From positions 8,594-72,593 of the forward strand of contig CAYTLW010000007.1 of NCBI GenBank assembly GCA_964438735.1: a DNA stretch of 64,000 nt, in the 5' to 3' direction. The notes under the pieces were generated by a model. The model had not been told where the DNA came from. It searched no databases and saw nothing but the letters and a program-made list of their open reading frames with translations. A program made the position numbers and the translations under genes. Source of the stretch: an uncultured Enterobacteriaceae bacterium (GTDB lineage: Bacteria; Myxococcota_A; UBA9042). The first letter of the stretch is position 1, and every line of letters starts with the position of its first letter. Shown piece after piece: positions 20,107-28,929 of the stretch.

Positions 20107-22347
20107 ATGACCAAGCTCCTTGTCGCTTTTCCGCCGTTCCATCCGCCCACATCGCCGCCATTCGGCATCGCCGCTCTCAAGGGTGCGCTGTCCCGTTCGC
20201 GGCCCGACACGCAGGTCGTGCTCGCCGACTGGAACCTGGCCTTTTTCCGCCACTGGATATTCGAGCGACCAGACCACCTCTGCGCCTACCATCCAGATCG
20301 CTCCCTGGGACAGATCTGTCCGAGCACGCTGGTGGAACACGGCCGCGGTGCGGCGATCTGGGGCGAACTCTGCAAGCTGCCGACAGATGAGCCGGGGGCC
20401 ATGCGCTACATGCAGGCGGCGCAGCGCTTCGATGCCATCTACGCGACCCTGAGCTCCTATGTGCGCGGCTGGCTCAAACCCTTCGTCGAGCAGCGCTGTC
20501 GCCTCGACGAGCCCGTGGTGCAGGCCCTCTTCGGCGACGCCTTGCGCACCATCGAAAAAGAAGAGCCCGACCTGCTGGGGCTGTCGATCCTGGCCGAGCA
20601 GAACCTGCTCTGGGCGCTGGCCCTGGCCCGGCTGGCCAAAGAGCGCTACCAGGTAAACGTGGCCCTCGGCGGCGCCATGATCAGCCACCTGGACGCGGCA
20701 GAGATGCTCGGTGCGTTCCCGTGGGTAGACGCCCTCTTCACCGGAGAAGGCGAGACCAGCCTGGCGGCCTTCGTCGATGTGTTGGAAGGGCGCGGCGACC
20801 TGGAATCGGTGCCCGGACTGGTTCATCGCGGGGCCGATGGCAAGCCTTGCGCGCACGAACACGGCCCGCCGCCAGTTCTGAACGGCCTGCCGCCGGCGGA
20901 TTTCGGCGACCTGCCGCTGGCGGACTACCTGGCCCACGAGATCGTGCTGCCCATGGCCACCAGCCGGGGCTGCTACTGGGGCAAATGCACCTTCTGCAGC
21001 CACACCCGACCCTACGCCGCCGGCGTGCGCACCCGCCAGGCCAGCGCGGTGGTGGAGGACATGGCGAGCCAGGCCGAGCGCTATGGAGCGCGCTCCTTCC
21101 TGCTGGTGGACGAGGCCATCTCGCCGCACACCCTGCGCGAACTCTCCGAGGGGCTGCTGGAGCGGGGGCTGGACCTGCGCTGGGGAGCCGAAGGGGTACG
21201 CGTCGAGAAGCGCTTCGACGCCGAGCTGCTGGCCACCGCTCGACGGGCGGGTCTGCGCTGGCTCTACGTCGGCATCGAATCGGCGTCGCCCCGTCTGCTC
21301 GACCTCATCGACAAGGGCATCGAGCCCGAGGCCGTCGAGCGCTTCATCGCCGCCTGTCATGAGGCCCGCGTCGTGCCCCAGCTGTCCTTCATCGTTGGCA
21401 TACCGGGCACGACGCCCGAAGAGCTTGAGGTCGAGATCGACTTCATGCGCCGCCACCCGGTGGACGGCTCGCCTTTCGTGCTGTTGCTCGGCTCGCCCAT
21501 GCAGACCGAGCCCGATCGCCTGGGCATCACGGTGGAGGATCGTCACAGGCTCTTCGAGACGCCCGCAGGCGTCGTACACGCGCCCCGCTTCCACCACACG
21601 ACCCGGACGGGTTTGTCGCCCCAGCAGGCCGATCACCAGGTCGAGACCGCGTTGGCGGATGGTCGACCTCGCATGCGTCCCCACCTCGGCGAGGTGCACG
21701 CCATCACGCTGGCAGATACGGGCTTCTTCGACAGCGAGGAGCGTCCGTCACCCGAGCCTCCTCCGGCAGAGGTCGCCAGGCGCCTGCTAGAAGCCCAGGC
21801 CCGCACTCGGCCCTGGTGGGCCCTGCACATGGCCGGCTGCCTGGAGGCGACCGAGGACCTGCAGGAGGCCTACGACCTGGTCGAACAGGCGCTGCGCGAT
21901 GAACCCACCGACCAGGAGGCTGCCGCGCTATGGCTGCACATGGCCGCCATCTACAACCGTGGCGGACGGTCCGACCTGGTCCAAGCCATGTCCGAGACCG
22001 TCGACCTGGTCGCCGCCGCCGGTTCCGCGGCGCGCTCCGAATTGATGCGCTGCTCCGCCATGACGGGTGACGTACCAGCCGCCATCGAGTACGCCGAGGA
22101 GATGCTGGCCACCGGCTACGAATTCGCCGGCGCCTGGGAGCTGCTCGGCGAAATGCTCGAGCAGACAGGCGACCTGGAACGAGCCCGCGCCGCCTACCAA
22201 CAGGCCGAGGTGCGCGACTGGCCGAACGCCGAACTCAACGACGCCCAGGCGCGTTGTTTCGCGGCGCGAAAGAAGCATCGCCACGTGCGCAAACAAGAGG
22301 ACAAGGCGGCCCGCAAGCGGACGTTCTTCCTCAGTCCTGAAGATTGA
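20107..22347 (+). CDS. B12-binding-domain radical SAM protein with C-terminal TPR-like region
   Basis: N-terminal Rossmann-like B12-binding-type domain. Radical-SAM core with cysteine triad GCYWGKCTFCSHTRP (spacing Cx4Cx2C). C-terminal ~200 aa helical/TPR-like. Begins 36 nt after the nuoN stop on the same strand. Confidence 0.7.
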   Translation: MTKLLVAFPPFHPPTSPPFGIAALKGALSRSRPDTQVVLADWNLAFFRHWIFERPDHLCAYHPDRSLGQICPSTLVEHGRGAAIWGELCKLPTDEPGAMRYMQAAQRFDAIYATLSSYVRGWLKPFVEQRCRLDEPVVQALFGDALRTIEKEEPDLLGLSILAEQNLLWALALARLAKERYQVNVALGGAMISHLDAAEMLGAFPWVDALFTGEGETSLAAFVDVLEGRGDLESVPGLVHRGADGKPCAHEHGPPPVLNGLPPADFGDLPLADYLAHEIVLPMATSRGCYWGKCTFCSHTRPYAAGVRTRQASAVVEDMASQAERYGARSFLLVDEAISPHTLRELSEGLLERGLDLRWGAEGVRVEKRFDAELLATARRAGLRWLYVGIESASPRLLDLIDKGIEPEAVERFIAACHEARVVPQLSFIVGIPGTTPEELEVEIDFMRRHPVDGSPFVLLLGSPMQTEPDRLGITVEDRHRLFETPAGVVHAPRFHHTTRTGLSPQQADHQVETALADGRPRMRPHLGEVHAITLADTGFFDSEERPSPEPPPAEVARRLLEAQARTRPWWALHMAGCLEATEDLQEAYDLVEQALRDEPTDQEAAALWLHMAAIYNRGGRSDLVQAMSETVDLVAAAGSAARSELMRCSAMTGDVPAAIEYAEEMLATGYEFAGAWELLGEMLEQTGDLERARAAYQQAEVRDWPNAELNDAQARCFAARKKHRHVRKQEDKAARKRTFFLSPED

Positions 22348-22369
22348 GCGAGTTGTCCGCCGGCTCGAT

Positions 22370-23047
22370 TCAGGCGGTCGCGACGTCGTCGGCTGACCGC
22401 ATCATCCAGACGTAGTCGCCGCCGACGAATGCTCGCATCACGCCGGCGATGGCGGCGAAGTAGCCGTTTTCATCACCGGCCACGATCTTGTCGCAGAGGT
22501 CGTCGACCCACTTGGCCAGGTGCTCGTCCAGGAAGCGGCGCTGCAATGTTCGCAGCTCCGTCGCCTGGTCGTCGTCGCCTCGGCCAGCGGCTTCCGCCTC
22601 CTGCTCACACAGGTAGCGCATGAACTCGAGCTCGGCGCCGATGAAGTCTGGCATCTTGCCCAGCACCTCGTGACGCTCGAACTCGCTGCCCGCTGCCGAA
22701 TAGAAGGTCATGACGTGGCGTGACGTCTCGCCCATGAGGCGTCGTCGCTGCCGTCCTTTGCCGTCGACATAGGGCTCTCGAAAGACGGACTCGAAGGGTG
22801 TGACGTAGCGCCCTTTCGGCACCCTGAACAGGGCGTCGAAGTCCTCGTGCACCGCCTCGACCTTCAGGGCAGCGCACTTGCATTGGCGCAGCCCGTCAGC
22901 CGCCTCGGTGTCGAGTTCGTCGGCCACCAACTGGATGAACTCGTCATCCAGCGCCGCGTCGAGCATGTCTTGGGTAGGGGGCCAAAGGAACGCGCCGGCC
23001 AGGAATTGATAGATGCCTGCGCGCTGTTGGCTATCGGTCAGTCCCAC
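22370..23047 (-). CDS. TorD/DmsD/NarJ-family molybdoenzyme maturation chaperone
   Basis: 225-aa acidic helical protein with TorD-family features (...EHLAKWVDDLCDKIVAGDENGYFAAIAGVMRAFV...). Last gene of the Mo-enzyme operon. Confidence 0.7.
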   Translation of the reverse strand: MGLTDSQQRAGIYQFLAGAFLWPPTQDMLDAALDDEFIQLVADELDTEAADGLRQCKCAALKVEAVHEDFDALFRVPKGRYVTPFESVFREPYVDGKGRQRRRLMGETSRHVMTFYSAAGSEFERHEVLGKMPDFIGAELEFMRYLCEQEAEAAGRGDDDQATELRTLQRRFLDEHLAKWVDDLCDKIVAGDENGYFAAIAGVMRAFVGGDYVWMMRSADDVATA

Positions 23048-23135
23048 GATGGACCTCCTCCGTGAGGTGAACGGGGGAGGCCCATCGTAGAACGAGACCG
23101 CCCGCTGACGACCCTGGTATAGAACACCTAGGGCC

Positions 23136-23672
23136 CTAGGTGAACTTCACCGAGGGATTTGTCAGCTTTGTCGGGGCGAAACCATCCGCGGGCGTGCCGC
23201 CTGCCTTGACGTCGGCGACCTGCTTGAGTGCCCGTCCCACACACGCCTGCACGCAGGCGGGCTCGAGGCCAGCCTTCAGCCGGTGTGCGCAGAAGTGGCA
23301 TTTCTCCACTTTGCCCGTGGTGGCGTTGAACTGAGGCGCGCCATACGGGCACGCCCACTCACAACGCCGACATCCGACGCACTTGGCCTGGTCGATCTGG
23401 ACCGTGCCATCAGCGCCCTTTGTGATTGCGGTCTCCGGGCACGCCTTCAGGCAGGCCGGATCAGCGCAGTGGAAGCACGCCATTGAGACGAACTCCCGTT
23501 TGGGCGTCGGGTAGGTGCCACTCTCCGTGAACACCACCATGCGGTAGTTGACCGCGTCGGCCTTGTCCTTCGGACCAGGCAGGTAGGTGTTGTTCTCGAA
23601 CTTGCACGCAACCGCGCACGAATAGCAGCCGACGCACTTGGTGAGGTCGTATTCCCATCCTCTCTGTGCCAT
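23136..23672 (-). CDS. 4x[4Fe-4S] ferredoxin-type electron-transfer subunit (DmsB/PsrB-like) of the molybdoenzyme
   Basis: Four Cys clusters: CVGCYSCAVAC, CFHCADPACLKACP, CVGCRRCEWACP, CHFCAHRLKAGLEPACVQAC. Confidence 0.85.
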   Translation of the reverse strand: MAQRGWEYDLTKCVGCYSCAVACKFENNTYLPGPKDKADAVNYRMVVFTESGTYPTPKREFVSMACFHCADPACLKACPETAITKGADGTVQIDQAKCVGCRRCEWACPYGAPQFNATTGKVEKCHFCAHRLKAGLEPACVQACVGRALKQVADVKAGGTPADGFAPTKLTNPSVKFT

Positions 23673-23708
23673 TTTGCTCTCCTCCTTGCGAGATGATCAA
23701 AGCGCCGC

Positions 23709-26700
23709 TCAGGCGCCGACCTTGACGACTCGCACGCGGGTCTGGCTATAGGAGCAGCTGCCCCCGATCTTGTCCTGGAGGACCACGTCCTTCAGGATCG
23801 GATCGAGTCGCTGCACCGGGTTGAAGTTGACGCCCGCACCGCGGCGCGGATCGAAGCCTGTGGCCTTGCCATCCACGATGTGCGGCTTGGAAGAGGTCTC
23901 CCACCGGCCGAAGCCCATGCTGGCGGCGATGACGCCGGGTCGCATGGTCTCGGACAGTCTGACCTTGCCCTTGACGCCCTCGAGATTGGTCGGCGACTGG
24001 ACGAGCACCAGGTCTCCGGTCTCGAAGCCCATGGCCAAGCCATCGCCCGTATTCATCTCGACGTAGTTTTCAGGCTCGAGCATCATCAACGTCGGACACA
24101 CCGTCGTGACCGCCTGCTTATGCTGCACGGCCTTGTAGGTGACGGTGAGGAACGGCCACTGGTTGGGGTCGTCCTCGATGTCGTTGTCCAGCACGTCGCG
24201 GATGGGCTCCCAGATGGGGATACCCGACCACTTGCCCTTGGTGCCGTCGACCTTCCAATCGGTCGTCGTCGCAATGGGCTCGATGTACAGGTGAACCGCC
24301 TTCTTGAAGTTGAAGCGCTTCTTCATCACCGTGCTGGTGCCAACCTTCTCGTACTCGGCCGTGCCGGGTGCGGAGAAGGCGCCACCGTGGTCGATGACAT
24401 CCTGCTTGGTGATCTTGTCGCCGGTCTTGTCATTGTGCTCAATGGCGAAGTTCTCGGCGATCTGATCGTACCACTGCCAGGCGGAGAAGAGGTCCTTGCC
24501 CTTGGCCATGCCATCCTTTCCGATGCCCGGGAAGGGTCGCTTGCCCAGCTCGGCCAGCTTCAGCGCTATGCCGATCCAGAAGTCCTCGTACTGCCAGCAG
24601 TCACCCACGGCGGCCTGGAACTCGTCGAACTTGGTGTTCTTCGGGTCCTTGTACTTGCCAGCCATGGGCTGCCGGAAGCCACTGAACGGGGTGTAGTTCA
24701 CCGGTGCCGTATGCGGCGTACTCCAGCGCTCCAGGAACGTGGTATCCGGGATGATGTAGTCGGCCAGGGCGGCCGTCTCACCGAAGTCGTTGTCCATCGC
24801 GACGTGCAACGGCAACTTGTTCTCATCCCTGAGCACCAACGTATTCGGAAGCTTGGCGCCCGGCGTGGTGTAGACCGGATCCGCCCAGTAGGAGAACAGG
24901 ATCTCCATCTTGTAGGGGTACATCTGCCCGATGCTGGGGATGACCTCCTGCCATGCGCCGTAGAACGCAAAGGGGAACCAGGGGCGCTTCGGCTTGGTGT
25001 CCGAGCCCTTGTAGTCGGCCCAGTTCGCCTTGGCGCGGTCCATGCGGGGACCCTTGGCTGAGTAGCCGCCGGTGGCCGGCGCCTTGATGTTCAACTGGCC
25101 CGCGGACTTGCCGCCCATCTCGTGCCAGTGACCGCCGCCCGTGATGGCCACGCCACCCTGGTGGTCGTAGTTGCCGCGGAAGGCGTTCAGCATGGCGCAA
25201 GCCAGGGCATTGTAGGTGCCGTTGGTGTGCTGCACCGGGCCCCGGTAGAACTCGATGCCGCCCTTGCGACCGGCACCTGCCAGCGCATCGGCCACCTCGG
25301 TCACCGTAGTGACGTCGCAGCCAGACAGCAGCGACCACTGGTCGACCGTCTTGGTGGTGATGTAGTCGTAGTAGAGCGCGAACACGGAGTCGCACTTCAC
25401 GCCGTCCACATCAACGCCGTTCTTGTCGGTCAGCAGGGTGCCCTCGACCTTGGCGTCATTCTTGTAGGGATCCTTGCCGATGGACACGACCTTGCCGCCG
25501 CTCACTGTGAGCTTGTTGCCGTCCTTGTCCATGGCCCAGGCGCCCGTATCGCGGCGCACCAGCCAGGTGGCGTCGCTGACGTTGACGTCATCGTCGGCGA
25601 CCGCCGCACCCTTCGTCGCGTTGCGCAGGAAGGTGAGGTTCAGCGCGCCGTTTCCGTCCGCCTCGAACTTGCTGGTCTTGTCGAACCAGCGTCGCGCGAT
25701 GGCGAAGCAGAGCGCCGCGTCACCGCCCGGCAGGACCGGCAGCCACCACTTGGCCTTGGCCGCGACCTTGCTGAAGCGCGGGTCGGCGATGGCCAGCTGC
25801 ATGCCGTCTTCTTTGAGGGCGCGAGAGATCTTGCGCGCCATGGCCTGCGCCGGGAAACCAGCCTCGAGGAGGTTGGTGCCGATGCACAGGATGACCTTAC
25901 CCTTACGGAAGTCGGGCTTGGTGTGGTGCTTGCCGCTCTTACCGAAGACCAGCTCGAGACCAACGTGGTGGCTGGTCTCGCAGGTGGACGTATGGTCGAG
26001 GCGGTTGTTGACCGAACCGAAGCCGTTCTTGAACCAGCGGTCGGTGAATTCCTTCTGACCGTGCTCGAGACGACCGATGTACAGGCCCACCTGGTTGTTC
26101 TTGAAACCGAGGGACTTGTTCTTCGGGTCGATGTACCACTCGTCCTTCTTGGTCTTGGCAGCCGGATCCGGCCCCTGGGTCCAGAAGGGGAGCATCTTCG
26201 CCGCGATCTCGTCGATCGCCTGCTTGTAGCTGATGGACTTCCACTTGCCCGAACCGCGGCCACCGACTCGCTTGAGCGGCGTCAGGATGCGGTAGGGGTT
26301 GTACATGATTTCGACCGCCGCGATGCCCTTGGGGCAGAGCGTACCGGCCGTCTTCAGCACCGACGGGTCGTTGATGGGCTTGGCGCCCATCTTCAAACGG
26401 CCCTCATCTTCTTCCACGTTGTTGGGGTGGAAGGGGTTGCCCTGAATGGTCAGCAGGGTATCGGTGGCGACGTCCACCTTGCCGCGGATGCCGCAGGCGC
26501 TGTGGCACTGCAGGCAGACGCTGTAGATGAACTTCGTCTTCTTGGTGTCCGTCTCCACTGGATCGGGGATGCCCGAGCGGTCGACCGCAGGAACGGTCTT
26601 GGCGTAGGCGTCCCGAACCCGCGTGAACAGGGTGGGCGCGCTGGCGGCGGCGGCTGCCGCGCCAGAGAGCTTGAGGAAGGTGCGGCGCTTCATCGTGGTG

Positions 26701-26765
26701 ACTGCGGCCACGCCGTCGCCCTCACGAGGCTCGACCGCCACGGTGGTTGGTGTCTTGTTCGACAT
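23709..26765 (-). CDS. Tat-exported molybdopterin (Mo-bisPGD, DMSO-reductase family) oxidoreductase catalytic subunit, 1018 aa
   Basis: Twin-arginine motif MKRRTFLKLSGAAAAAASA. N-terminal FS0 motif CLQCHSACGIRG...CPKG (Cx2Cx3C...C). Molybdopterin oxidoreductase core throughout. AGGAGA Shine-Dalgarno 6 nt upstream of ATG 26765, with alternative ATG at 26693. No in-frame TGA, so not a selenoprotein. Confidence 0.85.
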   Translation of the reverse strand: MSNKTPTTVAVEPREGDGVAAVTTMKRRTFLKLSGAAAAAASAPTLFTRVRDAYAKTVPAVDRSGIPDPVETDTKKTKFIYSVCLQCHSACGIRGKVDVATDTLLTIQGNPFHPNNVEEDEGRLKMGAKPINDPSVLKTAGTLCPKGIAAVEIMYNPYRILTPLKRVGGRGSGKWKSISYKQAIDEIAAKMLPFWTQGPDPAAKTKKDEWYIDPKNKSLGFKNNQVGLYIGRLEHGQKEFTDRWFKNGFGSVNNRLDHTSTCETSHHVGLELVFGKSGKHHTKPDFRKGKVILCIGTNLLEAGFPAQAMARKISRALKEDGMQLAIADPRFSKVAAKAKWWLPVLPGGDAALCFAIARRWFDKTSKFEADGNGALNLTFLRNATKGAAVADDDVNVSDATWLVRRDTGAWAMDKDGNKLTVSGGKVVSIGKDPYKNDAKVEGTLLTDKNGVDVDGVKCDSVFALYYDYITTKTVDQWSLLSGCDVTTVTEVADALAGAGRKGGIEFYRGPVQHTNGTYNALACAMLNAFRGNYDHQGGVAITGGGHWHEMGGKSAGQLNIKAPATGGYSAKGPRMDRAKANWADYKGSDTKPKRPWFPFAFYGAWQEVIPSIGQMYPYKMEILFSYWADPVYTTPGAKLPNTLVLRDENKLPLHVAMDNDFGETAALADYIIPDTTFLERWSTPHTAPVNYTPFSGFRQPMAGKYKDPKNTKFDEFQAAVGDCWQYEDFWIGIALKLAELGKRPFPGIGKDGMAKGKDLFSAWQWYDQIAENFAIEHNDKTGDKITKQDVIDHGGAFSAPGTAEYEKVGTSTVMKKRFNFKKAVHLYIEPIATTTDWKVDGTKGKWSGIPIWEPIRDVLDNDIEDDPNQWPFLTVTYKAVQHKQAVTTVCPTLMMLEPENYVEMNTGDGLAMGFETGDLVLVQSPTNLEGVKGKVRLSETMRPGVIAASMGFGRWETSSKPHIVDGKATGFDPRRGAGVNFNPVQRLDPILKDVVLQDKIGGSCSYSQTRVRVVKVGA

Positions 26766-26807
26766 GGTTGTTCTCCTGTGTTCCGTGCGTCTGTGGACCG
26801 TGAAGGT

Positions 26808-27569
26808 CTACAGGCAGGCAGCGAAGAGCTTCTTGGAGCCCTTGCAGTGGCAGGCAGCGCAGTGGGCCGAGTCGACCTGCTTGCGCAACTGGGCTCCGAC
26901 GCCGGCACCCGGCGGCGAGGTCAGGTCGATGGCGACCAGGTCACCGTTCGCCTTCTTCGTGTGGCAGAACTCGCACTTCTGGTTGCCCATCAGCTTGTCG
27001 TTCGGCGGCAGTGTGAAGACTGTCTGGTGCAGGTTGTGCGCGACCTTGACCGACTCCTTGAGACTCTTCTCGGCGAACTTGTCGCCGTGGCAGCTCATGC
27101 AGGCGCCGTCCATCGCGAAGATGTAGCCAGGGGAATTGGGGTTGTGAACCGACTGCAGGTTCTTTGCGACGAACTCTGGCGGAATGACCGCACCGCCGCC
27201 GCCACCAGCGCCTGCTGGTCCGGCCGGTCCGGTGTCGCCCTTGTCGCCCTTGTCGCCCTTGTCACCCTTGGCGCCAGCAGCCCCTGGGTCACCCTTGTCA
27301 CCCTTGGCTCCTGAGTCGCCCTTTGGCCCCGGGTCACCCTTGTCGCCCTTGGCGCCATCAGCGCCCTTGGCTCCTGGGTCACCCTTGTCGCCCTTGGCTC
27401 CCGGGTCGCCCTTTTCTCCTTGGGCGCCCTGGTCGCCCTGGGCGCCAGCCTCTCCATTCTTGCCATCTTTCCCTGTTTCCCCGGTGCAGCCCGCTGCCAT
27501 CGCAGTTGCGAAGAGCAGCGCCGTGCCAAGGGCCAGGGTGCGTGAAGCTCGGAAAATACCGTTCATCAT
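26808..27569 (-). CDS. Lipoprotein triheme c-type cytochrome with ~31-triplet collagen-like (Gly-X-Y) stalk
   Basis: Signal peptide plus lipobox (LLFATAMAAGC). Residues 33-125 are uninterrupted GXY triplets (GKDGKNGEAGAQGDQGAQGEKGDPGAKGDKGDPGAKG...GDKGDKGDKGDTGPAGPAG). C-terminal domain has three CxxCH heme motifs (CMSCH, CEFCH, CAACH). First gene of the Mo-enzyme operon. Confidence 0.8.
   Translation of the reverse strand: MMNGIFRASRTLALGTALLFATAMAAGCTGETGKDGKNGEAGAQGDQGAQGEKGDPGAKGDKGDPGAKGADGAKGDKGDPGPKGDSGAKGDKGDPGAAGAKGDKGDKGDKGDTGPAGPAGAGGGGGAVIPPEFVAKNLQSVHNPNSPGYIFAMDGACMSCHGDKFAEKSLKESVKVAHNLHQTVFTLPPNDKLMGNQKCEFCHTKKANGDLVAIDLTSPPGAGVGAQLRKQVDSAHCAACHCKGSKKLFAACL
27192..27473 (-). 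repeat. Tandem 9-bp coding repeats (GGCGACAAG-type units encoding Gly-Asp-Lys / Gly-X-Y)
   Basis: Plus strand reads ...cttgtcgcccttgtcgcccttgtcacccttggc... repeated about 30 times. It encodes the collagen-like segment of the cytochrome. Confidence 0.8.
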
Positions 27570-27926
27570 CTACCTCGGTGATCAGCCCATTAGTGGGTCT
27601 GGCGGCCGCACACAGCGGTGCCTTCGGCGCGCTAATGTGCAGCAAGCGTGCCAAGCCGAACCTGGGCTTGTCCTGGATCGTGTGGCAGGCCAACCCCTCG
27701 TGGCGACGACATTAATTCGCCAGCTTTTTGGCCATGGGAATCGAGCCGCAGGCCATCTGGCGGCGAGTGTTACCTCAACGACACATTGCCATGTGAAGAG
27801 CGTTACGCAGGCGTAACATACGAAGGGGCCGGCCCGGTTCACGCGCCCATTTCTCGAGTGCCCTCGCGGCGTCCAGCCATGGCGCCGGTCGGGGTTCGGA
27901 GCGAGGTCAAGCAATGGAAGGTGACC

Positions 27927-27943
27927 TTGGCGTATGTCTTGCA
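27927..27943 (+). promoter_or_regulatory. Candidate sigma54 (-24/-12) promoter upstream of the binding-protein / kinase / sigma54-regulator operon
   Basis: TTGGCGTATGTCTTGCA: GG and GC elements at the canonical 12-nt spacing (consensus TGGCAC-N5-TTGCA), 27 nt upstream of ATG 27970. The -24 hexamer is imperfect (TGGCGT). Confidence 0.3.
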
Positions 27944-27969
27944 GTCTTGGTTGTCAGAGGGAGGACGCC

Positions 27970-28929
27970 ATGAGCGACGAGTCCCACTCCACGCAGGATC
28001 GTAAGCTGAAGGGCTTCGTCCTGGCGGGTCTGATCCTGGTCACCTCGACCAGCCTCGCCGCCATCGTTTGGGGCGGTAAAGTCGGCAATGTACGGGATGT
28101 AGAGATTCACGGCGCCGACGACACGGAGGCGAGACCCGAGGCCGACCAGCGCAAGCCATTGCGAGTGCTGGTGGCTTCCATGATCTCGCCCCGCTCGACG
28201 CTCGACGTCTACGGCGGCCTGGTCAAGGAGCTCGGCGACCTGGTCGGTCGTCGCGGGGTCCTGGTGCAGCGCCGCAACTATACCGAAGGCAACGAAGCCA
28301 TTCGCCACGGTGATGTGGACCTCGCCTTCATCTGCAGCGGCGCCTATGTGCAGAGTCAGGTCGAAGGTGGCTTCGCTGAACTGCTCGCGGTGCCGGTGAT
28401 CCAGGGGCTGGCCACCTACCAGGCCTACATCATCGTGCCGCGAGATAAACCGTGGAAGGAGTTGAAGGATCTGCGCGGCCAGCAAGCCGCGTACGTGGAC
28501 GCAGACTCCCTGACCGGCCGCGCCTACCTGCGTCATCGTCTCGTCGAGATGGGCGAGCGGGATGACCGCTTCTTCAAGAGTATCGTGTACACGGGCTCGC
28601 ACGACCGCTCCATCGAGGCCGTGGCACGGGGAATCGTCGACGTGGCCACCGTCGATCACCTGATCCTCGACATGATGGCCGAACAGCAGCCTGAGCTGCT
28701 GGACAAGATTCGAATCATCGAGCGCTCGCAGCCCTACGGGGCGCCCCCGGTTGTGGCGCCACGCGGTCAGGATCACGAACTTCGAGCCTCGCTGAAGAAG
28801 GCGCTGGCCAGCATCCACACCACCGAGGTGGGGGGCAAAACGCTGTCGCGCCTGCGCGTCGATCGGTTCGAGGCGGTGCCAACCAGCCACTACGACTCCG
28901 TGCGCAAGATCTGGGAGCCCGTTCGATGA
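27970..28929 (+). CDS. Periplasmic substrate-binding protein, PhnD/SsuA/transferrin family (sensor-associated)
   Basis: N-terminal TM/signal anchor. PhnD-like fold motifs (LRVLVASMISPRST...LAFICSGAYV...VPVIQGLATYQAYIIVPRD). GGAGG Shine-Dalgarno before ATG 27970. ATGA overlap with the downstream kinase. Confidence 0.6.
   Translation: MSDESHSTQDRKLKGFVLAGLILVTSTSLAAIVWGGKVGNVRDVEIHGADDTEARPEADQRKPLRVLVASMISPRSTLDVYGGLVKELGDLVGRRGVLVQRRNYTEGNEAIRHGDVDLAFICSGAYVQSQVEGGFAELLAVPVIQGLATYQAYIIVPRDKPWKELKDLRGQQAAYVDADSLTGRAYLRHRLVEMGERDDRFFKSIVYTGSHDRSIEAVARGIVDVATVDHLILDMMAEQQPELLDKIRIIERSQPYGAPPVVAPRGQDHELRASLKKALASIHTTEVGGKTLSRLRVDRFEAVPTSHYDSVRKIWEPVR

Noticed and set aside
23709-26765. Selenocysteine (in-frame TGA) in the molybdoenzyme, as in formate dehydrogenases
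   Set aside because: The ORF is uninterrupted, and the position of the usual Mo ligand is not a TGA. No SECIS-like hairpin is needed.
27633-27647. AGCAAGCGTGCCAAG as a sigma54 promoter on the minus strand for the cytochrome / molybdoenzyme operon
   Set aside because: Reverse complement TTGGCACGCTTGCT has the GG and GC elements only 9 nt apart; 12 nt are required. The spacing is incompatible with sigma54 binding.
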